A program made the position numbers and the translations under genes. From Octopus vulgaris (lineage: Eukaryota), in contig OX597818.1 of assembly GCA_951406725.2 (NCBI GenBank), positions 119,970,001-120,034,000 on the forward strand: a stretch of 64,000 nucleotides of DNA. Direction: 5' to 3'. The notes beneath the pieces are model-generated. The model worked only from the letters and a program-made list of their open reading frames with translations, did no database searches and was not told the DNA's origin. Below, one piece after another: positions 48,867 through 63,298 of this stretch (the stretch's first letter is position 1; each line of letters starts with the position of its first letter).

Positions 48867-48904
<38 letters not shown>

Positions 48905-49483
48905 GGTATGTATGTGTATGTATGTATATATATATGTGTATATGGGTGTGTGTATATATATGTGTATGTATATATATATATATATATGGATATGGGAGCG
49001 TGTGTGTATGGGGGTGTATATCCCCTTTTATTTATATATATATGTGTGTAGACACATATAAGCGTATGTATGAGTATTGCTATGGGCGTGTACGTAGATA
49101 CATGTATATGGGTACATATGTACGTGTACGTATGTGTATGTGTATATATGTATATGTCTATGTATGTATATGTGTGTATATGTATACATGGTGTGTATGT
49201 GTATATGTACATGTGTGTGCATATATATATATATGTGTGTGTATGTATATATGTGTGTGTATATGTATATGTATAAGTGAGAGTCTCCTTATTTACCTAA
49301 AACTCTATTTTTCTATTTATTCTTTTACTCTTTTATTTATTCTTTTATCTACTTTACCACCGATTCCTTTGACCACTCCTCTAAGAATGATAGTTTGCGC
49401 CATGCCTACCCCCAAAAAGTCCCCCACCACCACCCCTTTAAACCTGCCTAAATGTATAAATGCCAAAACTACTCTTGTCACCT

Positions 49484-49534
49484 AGCTTCCTGATGATTTC
49501 TTTTGAATGAAACAGTTCTAGTCCTGTAGAAGCT
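49484..49534 (+). ncRNA. Type I hammerhead ribozyme motif in right arm of inverted-repeat element
   Basis: AGCTTC CTGATGA TTTCTTTTGAAT GAAACAG TTCTAGTC CTGTA GAAGCT: 6-bp stem I, 4-bp stem III, GUA site at 49528. Confidence 0.7.
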
Positions 49535-49616
49535 CCTTCTATAAAATAAGTTAATTTACTCTGCTATGTATTGAGTACCTTATTTACTGTGGTTAACCCC
49601 GACTCAACCCGGGACC

Positions 49617-49702
<86 letters not shown>

Positions 49703-50830
49703 AACACACACAAACTGTAACTGTATACACAGACACAAACGTGCGCGCACGCACACACACATGTAGAAGCAATGGTTTTTTTTCAGTTTCTAGCAACCAT
49801 TTCTACTCGCAAAGTCACAGAAGACATTTGCTTGAAGTGCCAAGTAGTGGGGTTGAACCTAGAACAATGTGGCTAGGAGGTAAACTTCTCACCACACAGC
49901 TACAGCTGCTCTAGAAAACAATAAAAACAAAACAAAAAGAGAAGAAAGAAATTAATTCCGAAAGAAGAAAAAAAATTATTAAATATCTTCATTGTGTTTT
50001 TTTTTTTTTTGAAACATCTTTTTATTAATATAATCATTCATGTATACAAATGTTTAGATGCTTTATTACGAACAAGAGGAGGATACAAAATTCAGAAGCA
50101 GAAAAAAATAAATATATATATATATATGTCTTCTTTCAATTGCAAAAATGATAAAGAAAGGGGGAAAAAAACCAAAAATAAGCACATTACAGGGAGAATA
50201 AAAGGAATATTGATGGTGGTGGTCGTGGTGGTAGTAGGTGGGGAAATCTTTAGTATAAAGAATCATGTAACAATATTGATGGAAACCATTGAGATAAAAG
50301 AAAGCAATTTAACAAAGAGAGGAGGGGGGGAAATATTTTGAATGCTACGCATATTTCATATATATATATATATGTACATACATGCCTACGCATACATATA
50401 TATATGTGTGTGTATGTGCATATATATATATATATATATATTTGTGCATACATATTACACAATATTTAAGGACAACAAGTTACAGGTCCCAAAGTGTAGA
50501 TTTACAGAGCAAATTATTTCCTTCAATCATAATGGCAATGTTAGTTTTAAAAAAAAACCTGATTTCAGCAGCCGTCAGCCTAGGCAGGTTTCCCAATTTA
50601 ATGCTTTGTATACTAATGCACAACCTCGAAGAAAAAAAAAAACCTTGGCTACATGCATGGCAAAGTTAACATTAAACGATTACTACATGGGTAGTAAGGG
50701 TTTTAACCATGTTGTATGCCACGTGATAAGCAAGGTTTACAATATTTAAAATGCAGTAGTCTTTTCACTCTCCCCTCCAAATCAGAAACAAGCCTGCTGT
50801 CTCCACATCTAACATAAACAATAATAATAA

Positions 50831-51150
50831 TGGTACAATAGAGTAGTTGTATACTGTCAACTTAATGTGACAGTCCCGTGAAGGGAATAATACTACTGCT
50901 ATTTAGCCCTAGGAAGCATCAACACTTCCTGTCGGCCCTTAACACATTTCCTCCCAAAGGGGAGACAAGCACCTCCACCCAGCTAAGCCTGCATCCAGAG
51001 ACTAGTTTCTGAGTCTTTGCTCGTCATCAGTCTGGAGTAGCATGGCCTGCTAGTGTCTCCCCCTTGTAAACATAAGGACACAAGAAATGTGTCAAGGCCG
51101 ACAGGGACCGTCACATTAAGTTGACAGTATACAATTACTCTATCGTACCA
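50831..51150. mobile_element. Small element with 47-bp terminal inverted repeats and an internal hammerhead
   Basis: tggtacaatagagtagttg...gtccc vs gggaccgtcac...ctatcgtacca (3 mismatches). Confidence 0.65.
50994..51036 (-). ncRNA. Minimal type I hammerhead ribozyme with palindromic stem III
   Basis: Minus strand: TCCAGA CTGATGA CGAGCAAAGACTCA GAAAC TA GTC TCTGGA; 6-bp stem I, ACTAGT palindrome, GUC site. Confidence 0.75.
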
Positions 51151-51477
51151 CAACTGCTTAAATCTCTCCGAGATATTTAGAAATGTAATATTTCTATTTA
51201 ATAATAATAATAAAGATAATAAAAGAATATTAAAAAAGAATTGGGGACAAGTTAACATTCTGGGGCTGACGTTTTAAAAAAATATACCCCCCAATGCCTT
51301 GTTTACAGTGCAAACTAAAAAGGGGGACAACTAAGGTGTCCAGTTTGTCAGCCTTCATACATTGATATATATATATATATATCCATTTATATATATACAT
51401 ATTTATGTTTATATATATGCATATATATCCATTTATATATATATATACACATATATGTATGCATATATTGATGTTGT

Positions 51478-51509
<32 letters not shown>

Positions 51510-53019
51510 TACACCGTTATTATTTATATTAAAATAATGGGAAAAAATACAACCACCTGCATGAATTATGTTTATAACAACCACAAACATCTGTGCATGA
51601 CAGGAACAATATTTTTACAAAACAATATAATTTTTTGTGTCTTTATCCTTTATTTCATATTCATTTATTAATTTTTTTTTTACTTTGAGTGATATTATTA
51701 AATGTGAAACATTTTTATTCTTAACATTTCAAATATATTTCTTTTCCAATATGATTTTTAAAAATTTATTTGCTTATAATTTTTTTTCTTTTTTTAAATA
51801 TTTATAATTTGCTTTGATACTTGAAATAATTAAGCTTTCAGATTTCATTTTGGCATCTCTGAAAGATAAGATGAATTATATTTATAAACCAGCATTTTAA
51901 TTGTATCATGCCCTATCATAATTCTTTCTCATGTCTTTTTTCAAGCGAAGGAGAAGAAGAAATATTCTTCGTCCCCTCATGTACTCTTTCATATAACATG
52001 ATTTATTATTTGCTTAAAAAATGCAAGAATTTCTCAAAAAATGCCTGATTGTAATGGCAGACATTTCAAATATCCAGAAGGCACCATTAAAACTGAGATT
52101 TATTTTTTGCTAAGGTCAGAAGTGGGGGTTGTTTGAATTAACCTAATAGTAAGGATTCTTATATAATATGTGTGCATGTGAAGGTACATGGCTTAGTGGT
52201 TAGGGTATTCGGCTTACAGTCATAAGGTCTTGAGTTCGATTCCTAGCTCCGCATTGTATCCTTGAGCAAGACACTTTATTTCACATTCCTCCAGTCCAAT
52301 CAGTTGACAAAAACGAGTCGTACCTGTAATTCAAACGAGTCAAACTTGTTGCGTTGTTTCACACTGAATCTCCCTGAGAACTACATTAAGGGTACACGTG
52401 TCTGTGGAGTACTCAGCCACTTATACATTAATTTCATAAGCAAGCTGCTCCATTGATCGGATTAACTGGAACCCCCATACTCTTAACTGAAGAAGTGCCA
52501 GTGTGTGTGTGTGTGTGTGTGTGTGCATGTGTGTGTGTGTGTGAGTGTGTATGTGTCTGTAGGATTATGTAGGCTTTGGAGAAAATGAGTTTATAATTAC
52601 ATAAGACGAAGATAAATTATTTCCTCTTTCTAAAACTATCTGTGCTTAAGTGTCACTAACTTCTAAGTCTTCATATTTTCTAGTAGCAAATTTGTGGCCA
52701 TGAATTTGGTTAATTTCTTACAGCTGTCAGGTTCCAAAGAGCAATAGGAAGAGGGGAAAAAAATAGGAAACTACCAAGAAACTGTGACTTGTGTTGATAG
52801 GTCTAGTTGATTATATTTGGACTGGTGCTATTTTATCGGCCCTGAAAGAATGAATGGCAAAGTCAACCACAACAGCATTTGAACTCAAAATATAAAGAGC
52901 TACAAAAAATGCCGCTTAGCATTTTGGCCAATGCACTAACAATTCTCTAAGCTTGCTACCTTAACAACAATAATAATGATGATAATAATAATGATAATAA
53001 TAATAATAATAATAATAAT

Positions 53020-53235
53020 AATCCTTTCTACTATAGGCACAAGGCCTGAAATTCGAGGGAGAGGGATAGTCGATTACATCGACCCCAGTGCTTCACTGGT
53101 ACTTAATTTATTGACCCTGAAAGGATGAAAGTCAAAGTCGACCTCGGTGGAACTTGAACTCAGAACATAGCAGCAGACAAAATTCTGCTAAGCATTTCGC
53201 CCGGCATGCTAACAATTCTACCAGTTTGCTACCTT
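53020..53235 (-). mobile_element. Second tRNA-derived SINE family (gagctggcagaa...ctgagttcaaattcc...ccttgtgcctatagtagaaagg), representative copy
   Basis: B-box GAGTTCAA; copies also at about 6985-7390(-), 9359-9566(+), 19733-19948(-), 34795-35225(-), 39737-40125(+). Confidence 0.8.
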
Positions 53236-54068
53236 AATAATAATATTAATAATAATAATAATAATAATGATAATAATAATAATGACAATAATAATGATGA
53301 TGATGATAAACTTTTCCAAAGAATTTAAAGACGAAAACTGTGGTTATTTTTTCGAAAACTATTGATTCCATTGTGTATTAAATTTTTGTTAGAATATAAA
53401 AGAGGATTTCTGTCTACACATTGACAGCTGGTGGCACATTAAGTTATATTGTGTCGAGGATTTAAACAACTGGGTCGGCAAAATCAGCAAACCTATCAGT
53501 TCATTTTAATTGTTATCATTTGTTAAATCCAGCATTCATAAATATGTATGAATGCTAAACCCACATATTCATATGCATATATGTAAATGCTTGTGTAAAT
53601 GTGTATGTGTGTTAGCACAATGCACACACACACACTCATTTATACACATCTTTATCATCATATGTTTGTGTGTCTGTGTTTGTACTTAGCAGTTTGACAA
53701 AAGACACAAATAGAATGAGTACCAGCCTTAAATTTAAGAAATACTGGATTCAATTCATGTTACTAAAGTTCTTCTAAGCACTGCTCCAGCATGGCCTCAG
53801 ACTAATATGTGAAATGAGTACCAAATAAACAAAATATATGTGTGTGTGTGCATATGTTTGTATATGCGTGCATGTATGTAAATAATTCTTCTTACAATGT
53901 TGCCATTGCATTTTGCAACACTTGATTATAACCAATATCAAGTTTTTTGTGGAATTCCTGCCTTATAAATCTATTGTTTGAACCCCCCACCCCCACACAC
54001 ACATATAATATATATATGTAAATCTATTTATCTATCTATCAGTATATGTGTGTGTGATTGCATATACT

Positions 54069-54202
<134 letters not shown>

Positions 54203-54259
54203 ACTTTCCATTTTGTAATTACATCTAAACTAACTATGACTAAACTATCCTCTCACACC

Positions 54260-54311
54260 GTCTCCGATGAAGGGATATTATTAATTAATATCCTAGAAAC
54301 AGCTGTAAGAC
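54260..54311 (+). ncRNA. Type I hammerhead-like motif (CCGATGA core variant)
   Basis: GTCT CCGATGA AGGGATATTA-TTAAT-TAATATCCTA GAAAC AGCT GTA AGAC; palindromic ACAGCTGT stem III. Confidence 0.6.
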
Positions 54312-54727
54312 CTTCTATCTATAAATGCTCTAATATCTACACAGCCTTGGGTTTTTTATCTTATTACGCAAAAAATTCTGATATACATACATACATATAT
54401 ACATGTGTGTGTGTGTGTGCGTGTGTGTATACTGTGGCACTCCATCGATTATGATGACGAGGGTTCCAATCAATGGAACATTTTTATACACTTTTATTTT
54501 TATTTCTACATTCATTCTCCTATTTCCCTATATACTCCTTATTTGCTTCCTTTTCCAAAATAACTCCTCATATCGAACTCTACTATTTCCCTCTACTTAA
54601 CCATCTCACATCATCTCTGACATAGGAATATCCCTAATATCCCACACACAGCTGTAAGACTACCTTTCTCTTTAAAAATGTCCTAAAAATTCCATGCAGC
54701 CTTGACTTTGATGTCTCATTTTATTTA

Positions 54728-54764
<37 letters not shown>

Positions 54765-54916
54765 GATACATATATAAAATCATAATTTTAAATAATTATT
54801 ACCTTTGAAATGTTTTTATTCCCATGCTGACCACCAGATAAGATCGGTATTTAAATATCGATCCTTATTTATATAAATTTATTTACATATATAGGTAGGT
54901 AGTGTGTGTGTGTGCG

Positions 54917-54958
<42 letters not shown>

Positions 54959-56238
54959 AACATACACACATGCACACACACACACACATATATATACATG
55001 CTTATATAAATGCACACATTCATATGCATAATTTCAGAGCCACTGCTAAACTTGACCCACATTTGAATTAAATGGTCTGTCTGTGTGTCTTTGGATGTAC
55101 CAGCTTAATATGAGATCTTCCAACCAACATTAGCCATCACAATGCACTTGCCACATTTCTTCATATTAACTTCACTCAGCTCCTTGTCCCTGAATAATCA
55201 CTGTTGTACTATAAACCATTTCTTAGGCCAATCCTGCTACCCCACTGTCCTCCTCAGAACTGTAACCCTCTGGAAATTCACTCCTGCTTATCATTCACCT
55301 TTAGCAACCAATGTTTGAAAAATATTAACTGGTTGCTAATCACATTATCCTCAATTCTTAACCCTTTCATTACCAACCCGGCTGAAACCAGCTCTGGCTC
55401 TGTAGTGCAAATATCTTGTTTTCATAAGTTTTGAATTCAAATCTTCCACCAAACTTTAGTCACAATTTATGTTCCTAACACTAGATTAATGATGACAAAG
55501 TTATTTTCCTAAATTCTTTGTTATATTTAAAATTAATTGAAAGAAATACAGAGCATCTCACAAAAATATGGTCACAAAAGGGTTGAAATATATGATATAT
55601 GATAGAGAAACAATTCTTAACCCTTTCATTACCAACCCGGCTGAAACCGACTCTGGCCCTATAATGCAAATGTCTTGTCTTCATAAGTTTTGAATTAAAA
55701 TCTTCCCCCAAACCTTAGTCACAATTTATGTTCCTAACACTAGCTGAATGATAACAAAGTTATTTTGATAAATTCTTTGTTATGTTTAAAGTAATTAAAA
55801 AAAAAACACTGAGCATCTCAAAATAAATACAGTAACGAAAGGGTCAAACCCCTTCTTTTCAGATAAATGACAGAGAGGGAAATGGAAATTTGTAAGGTTT
55901 CATGAAGATGTCCATGACATATAAATGAAATGGTTCTGAACATGAACCAAATCTCAGTCTGTTATGTTGTTTCATGACAACATAGTACCGTCACATACTG
56001 TATGTGATTTTGTGTGTGTGGGTGAATGTTTGTGTATTAATTGCATACATTTTGGTTTTGTTTGAGCAGCAACCAAGGAATCTCTCAAAGAGGATTCATA
56101 ATAAAAATACATTCAAAACAATTTGGTTTGAAGAATCTGATTTTTACACACTTTGTATATGAACAGTGCAGCCCTATTTTCCTGCATGATAATAACAATA
56201 ATAACAATAATAATAATAATGATAATAATAATAATAAT

Positions 56239-56413
56239 AGACTTAATAGCTCCCTTATTGAGATTGGTGAAATTACATGACTTGCATTGATTCAGAATTC
56301 TGCTCTGTTGGAAACAGCAAGGACTGTAAGAAAGGTCTATGATATTGAAGAAAATTGGTTGTGACCCAGTATTAAGGACACTGATTCTGAATGTAAAACA
56401 TTTACACATATCT

Positions 56414-56416
<3 letters not shown>
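56239..56416 (+). mobile_element. 3' fragment of an R4/Dong-like restriction-like-endonuclease non-LTR element inserted in (TAA)n
   Basis: IQNSALLETARTVRKV from 56290 (cf. IQK.ALLGTA.ILRKV C-terminal motif); (TAA)n on both sides. Confidence 0.6.
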
Positions 56417-56460
<44 letters not shown>

Positions 56461-56607
56461 TTCTAATTTTTGCCACAAGGGTTGCTTGGGGAGGGGATTA
56501 TGTCGATTACATCACCCCCTCCTCCCAGTGCATAACTAGTACTTATTTAATCGACCTTGAAAGGATGAAAAGCAAAGTTGATCTTAGTGTAGCTAGAGTG
56601 CGCAACA

Positions 56608-56900
56608 TAACATAACATTGCAGTCCTGGTTTAGGACGAATGTTGCTGTAATTTAAGCCTTTGAGACATCATCTCCAGCTGGCTATATAACACAATCTGT
56701 GTCCTTATATTTTCAAACAAGGGAATCTAGCAACCTCCACTCAACTCAAAACAATATCAGTGTATTGAGTGAGGTTGCTAAATTTCCTTGTTCGAAAATA
56801 TAAGGACACAGATTGTGTCATATAGCCAGCTGGAGACAATGTCTCTTGGGGCTAAATTACAGCAACATATGTCCTAAACCAGGACTGCTATGTTATGTTG
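56608..56900. repeat. Long palindrome / fold-back element (about 135-bp arms)
   Basis: aacataacattgcagtcctggtttaggac...agcaacctc vs gaggttgcta...gtcctaaaccaggactgctatgttatgtt. Confidence 0.8.
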
Positions 56901-57677
56901 GTAAATAATCTTTACTCTAAAGTACTCTTGCTGAATATCTCTCATTGTGAAATTTAAAAATAGTAATTTTCTTTATTGATGTTGTTGAGTTGCCTGTGAC
57001 AACTCTTCTTGAGCAGAATCATGGACAGTAAGGGAGACAAACAGAGCTCAACTCAGCTCTTTGGTAAGTGACGTGTCTTCATCCATCTCCAAAAGGATCC
57101 AATGTTGTAAAGGGTTGAAGAGCAGTATCATACCCTGCAGTGTTTACTTATGTTTCATGGAATTTCTCAATAAAGACAGTGTAAGATTCCATCTGCGATC
57201 CTGCCTGGTGGTTTTATCATATTTGTCATTGCAAATACAGACAAAAAATTTGTATCACAAGCATAGATACAGTACAAAGGAAGGAAAACTGAACAATTTT
57301 GGTTAAGAGCAAAGGTAGGAAGGTAGTTAAATCGGTTAGTTGTTAATATACTTAATTAATTTACAATTAAAAGCTAACAAGAGACCAAAAAAAAATGGGG
57401 TGGAGTTTTAAAAAGTCTACATAACTCAGTGACTTTTATTATTTGTATTAATCTGACGCATATATATAATAAAAAAGGCAGGCATGTTTTGGTATTATTC
57501 TGAACTCATCAATCACTATAAATGCTGAAATAGGTTAATAGGTTTGTTTAAAGATTAAATGATTCAGAATCTAATTAGAAATAAACGCAAAAAAATAATA
57601 ATCATAGTCAATAACTAGTAAAATTAGTTGGGTTTAGGTTAAAGTAAGGACTTGAACAATTAAATTTTTTAAGTACA

Positions 57678-57726
<49 letters not shown>

Positions 57727-57885
57727 CATTATTATTATTTATTAATTTTATTTGTATTTGTTTTTTTTTTTTAGAGGAAAAGATTATCATTTTCTGTATT
57801 TTAATATTTTAATCCATTATTCCATAAAGACACATATATGAATATGTACACATATTTTCATGTTTGTGTAAATACATATACACAC

Positions 57886-57918
<33 letters not shown>

Positions 57919-58613
57919 CTCACATTGATGTCTGTGTGTGTGTGTGTGAGCACAAGCACATTATTTCTTTGTTTATCTATTTATTATATTCATAATTTTT
58001 TCTTTTAGCAAATATAAATGAATGAAAAATGACTAGAATTTCTGAATATAAGTAGATCTGCTGGGTTTCTTTTTATAAATTCACAGCTTATATATTAAGT
58101 GGAAAACATAAGGAAATGACTAATATATTTGAGTGGAGTGAAAAAGGCTGGTATATAAAAAAAAACAAACCCAACACTGACCTAGTTAAATTCACACATG
58201 CAAACATGCAAAATAGTCCATATGCTTATATACATACATATACACACACATATATATGTGTGTGTGTGTGTATGCAGAGAAAGAAAGAAAAAGGATGAAA
58301 AAGGGAAAATGTATTCTCAAAGCAGTATAATGTATTTTTGTATAAATTGCTTCTTATTTTCTTAAGATATATACCTTTAATTGAATTGAATGCAGTTAAC
58401 TTTAATTGTTTGCTTATTTCAGTCATTGGACTGTGGCCATGCTGGAGCACTGCTCTGAGAGGGCTTAGTGAAATGAATGAAACCCAGTACTTATTCCATC
58501 AGTTTCTTTTGTCAAACCGATAAGTCACAAGGGCGACCACAAACACAAAGTCACACATGCCCAGATGTGTGTGTGTGTGTGTGTGTGTATGTGTGTGTAT
58601 ATATATATATACA

Positions 58614-59478
<865 letters not shown>

Positions 59479-60531
59479 ATACACACACATATATATGTAT
59501 GTATATAGGTGTATATCTCTGTGTGTGTTGGTCCAAGACTATAGCAGAAGAGACTTGCCCAAGTTGCCGTGCAGTGGGATTGAATTCAAAATGATATAGC
59601 TAAGCAAGCTTCTTAACCAGACAGCCATGCCTGGTATAATTATATGTTAATTTATGCATAACTATGGAAGCACATGACCGCATGATTAATGTGTTCAACT
59701 CACAATTGTAAGATTGTTGGTTTAATTCTCAGACAGGGCAGTGCATTTTATCCTTGAGCAAGATACCTCAGTTCACATTGCTCAAGTTTATTCAGTTGAA
59801 AATGGCAGTTGCTGGGGGTTGAATTTATGATGGATTGACATTCAATTCAATGGGTGAAAATCTTATACTTTCAGTTGCCAAAATGCCTGAAAAACTCAAT
59901 AACATGCACAAACTCCAGCCGCCTGAGCCAGTAAGTTAGGTGTAGATTTTATATACAGCTCTAACATTTATGTTTATGTTATTCTTTGCTAGAATACTGC
60001 ATTAAGAATACATTCGTGTTGTTTTGTTAAGAGATTTTAATAACATATGGCTCCAATCTTGGATTTCATCCAAATACGTTGATGTATTTTATAGAAGTAC
60101 ACTCTGAAAGAAAGAGAAAATTTACAAATTTTTCACAATTTTCAACTCACTGTTTACACCTTGTTTTACATCTTTCATCCCATGAGTGTGTACATATAAA
60201 GTTCAAATGGAATTTTTCATTTGGTACCAGGCTGATAAAGGTTCTGCATTAGTTTATACTCATATGTATGTATGTCATTATTCAGTTTTATTTCAAGATT
60301 TCTTGCCAATAGAGGAAGAACTTGTTTCTAACCTAGACCCAAGACTCCTTCATTGGAATTTCAACAACATCAACAGGGTATTTTTGTATGTATGTTATGT
60401 ATACACACAGATTCATATGTTTTGTAACCATAAACAAATATGCCCCAGTATATATAATAAATTTGTATTTTAAGATATATGTTGCAAGTTAATTTTTTTA
60501 AATATTTTGTTAGCTGGTATGTAATAAATAA

Positions 60532-60588
<57 letters not shown>

Positions 60589-60675
60589 TAGATATAATAT
60601 AATATGTGACAATTATTCAGTTGTCATAATGAATGAGGTCTCATTCATTCTTTTGTTGTCTTACCATTACCATTA

Positions 60676-60679
<4 letters not shown>

Positions 60680-60731
<52 letters not shown>

Positions 60732-60744
60732 ATATATATGTGTG

Positions 60745-60790
<46 letters not shown>

Positions 60791-60909
60791 GTGTATATAT
60801 ATATATATATATATGTGTATATATATGTGTATATATATATATATATATATGTGTATATATATGTGTATATATATATATATATGTGTATATATATGTGTAT
60901 ATATATATA

Positions 60910-60996
<87 letters not shown>
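60680..60996. repeat. Long compound (TA)n/(TG)n microsatellite (others at 48116-49275, 49620-49700, 54075-54198, 58887-59220)
   Basis: Directly visible; source of the YI/CV-rich pseudo-ORFs. Confidence 0.95.
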
Positions 60997-60998
<2 letters not shown>

Positions 60999-61169
60999 TT
61001 CATTCCATTAGGAACATAGCAGAGTACAAAATAGAGCTCATTCACCCTTAGAATTACCAAATAGCTGGTAGTATTACAATATACTACCGAGTCTAGGTTT
61101 GGGCATTCTTCGTGTGTGAAAATAAAATTGAATAAGATAGAGTCAGCAAGAAGAAGTATGGTTAGATAG

Positions 61170-61506
61170 TTATTTTATAATTACTACACACGTTTCCATA
61201 CAACATAGATCTTCATATATACAGGTATTTGATTATGCAATGGTTTACCTGTATAATGGGATCCAGTAGTATTTCTTCAGGTAATATATAGTTGCTGTCC
61301 CCGTTAATTACAAAACCTTCGACTTCGATGTTAACATAGTCATCTGCCTTGTTGATTAGGTTTTGTAACTAACGGGGACAGTAATAGTATATTACCTGGA
61401 GAAATACAACTGGATTCCATTCTACAGGTAAACCGTCGCATAATTAAATTCCTGTATATATGAAGATTTATGTTGTATGAAAACATGTGTAGTGATTATA
61501 AAATAA
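61170..61506. repeat. Long palindrome / fold-back element (about 148-bp arms) with HHR-like remnants near the arm ends
   Basis: Arms pair along their length; outward-facing TGAAGA...GAAAC-RTGT-GTA remnants. Confidence 0.75.
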
Positions 61507-61574
61507 GTGTCTTGCTGTACTCCATCTTGTCATCTGTTTCTTTTATATATACATACATACATATATATACATAT

Positions 61575-62070
61575 ACTGTAAATCCTTGAGTATAATACGC
61601 AGGGGATTTTTAGGGGGCTGTACCTCTGAAAAACCTAAACCTTGTGTATAATACGCATCCCTTCTCTAACTTGAGTCAAGGAGGTCTATATAATGTCCTT
61701 AGTTTGTAAAAATGTATACGGTAACGCCCTTTATTATTATTGTATATATAACATAATGCAAACGTGTAGCTTTTTTGTGCATTTTGTTTGCAAAAAATAA
61801 AGAAATAACAGTAATAACGTTTAATAAATGTTGCTTACTGCAAGTTATGGATGATTCTTTTATGACTTCATTGCTTTCAAGCTTATCTTAAGGTATTTTC
61901 GTGCCTGACATCACAAAATGCATTTGAATAAACATAGCCAGACAGCAAATAGAGACTCGGACATTGCTTAGAAAATATTTTTCATTTTTAACCTCGTATA
62001 TAGTACGCACTAGGGATTTTGACCTGTAAATTTTGGGAAAAAAATGCAAATAATACTCAAGGATTTACGG

Positions 62071-62072
<2 letters not shown>
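61575..62072. mobile_element. pogo/Tigger-type MITE
   Basis: TA-flanked TIRs ctgtaaatccttgagtat / atactcaaggatttacgg. Confidence 0.75.
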
Positions 62073-62111
<39 letters not shown>

Positions 62112-63056
62112 AATATCAGGGAATAAATCCAAACTTACAGGGAAAAATCAGATTTAGGATTGAATCCAATTTTATATTATATTAAATTTGAAGATGTTAG
62201 CAGGCATGAAACGATCGTAGTGTGATATTAATTATATTTTTTTAATAATTTTGTTATATATTTAAATAATATAAATTAATCATATGTATTGGCTTAAGTT
62301 TTTCATTGTTTGATTTGCCTAATAGTGGTTTTGTCTCTAATTTAATATAATATATATTTATATATATAAAACCTATGCAGTAGAGAAATATACTGAGCAA
62401 ATTTAATTATTTCTCTGTAAATTGGACAAAAAAATTATGAACAACTTAAACTGATTTCAAACCTTTTTGGACTCTCATCAGGTGAGTCTATATCCATTTC
62501 ACCAATTCCACAGAAACGAACAGCCCATTCTGTTTATCCAGTAGCTCCACATAACTAGGGCTCCTTATTTGCATACTGCAAATGTCTGACACTTTATTCA
62601 ATAACAGGGGGGACACACACACACATATGCAGACAGAAAGAAGGAAAGACAGGAACAAAGAAAGAAAGAAAGAATGAAAGAAAGAAAGGAAGGAAGAAAG
62701 AAAGAGTGATTATTGATACAATGGTGTAAGGCTGTGAGTGCAGGTGACATATTTTACATATGCTTGGCAATCTCTCTAGAGCTGATACCATTAATAAAAT
62801 TTTTCACCATTGTACTTTGTAAAGTGGTGGGCATTAGGAAAGGATCCAGCTGTAGAAATCATGCACAAAAGAGAAGTCATACATGTGAAAATGTGATCTG
62901 TGACCAATGAGAACTGACTCGGACTGTGATGACATGTCCAACCCATGCCAGTATGGAAATGGAAAGCAGACGGACAATTATGATGATGATGATCATAGGG
63001 ATATATATATATATATATGTCATCATCATGTCTGCTTGTGTATCTGTTTGTGTATA

Positions 63057-63087
<31 letters not shown>

Positions 63088-63253
63088 GTATATATATATA
63101 TGTATTTATATTTATACTTAAGTATGATTCCAGTAAAAACCTTGTAGAATGTTATGCAAGGCTCATCCACAGTTATTGGCTACCTGATGTCATCATACAG
63201 TAGAAATGCACCTGCTACTAGATCTACATCAGGAATTCCACAATATCTGTAGA

Positions 63254-63298
<45 letters not shown>

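Larger units (their letters stand above)
47991..49620. mobile_element. Non-autonomous inverted-repeat element: 125-bp HHR-containing arms, microsatellite-rich interior, unpaired tail
   Basis: 47991-48115 is the reverse complement of 49425-49549 with one mismatch; about 70-nt unmirrored tail 49550-49620 abuts (TA)n. Confidence 0.75.

Noticed and set aside
59990-63250. Minus-strand acceptor-like sites with short open frames (near 60103 and 63246)
   Set aside because: Peptides are unrecognisable and no coherent exon chain could be built.
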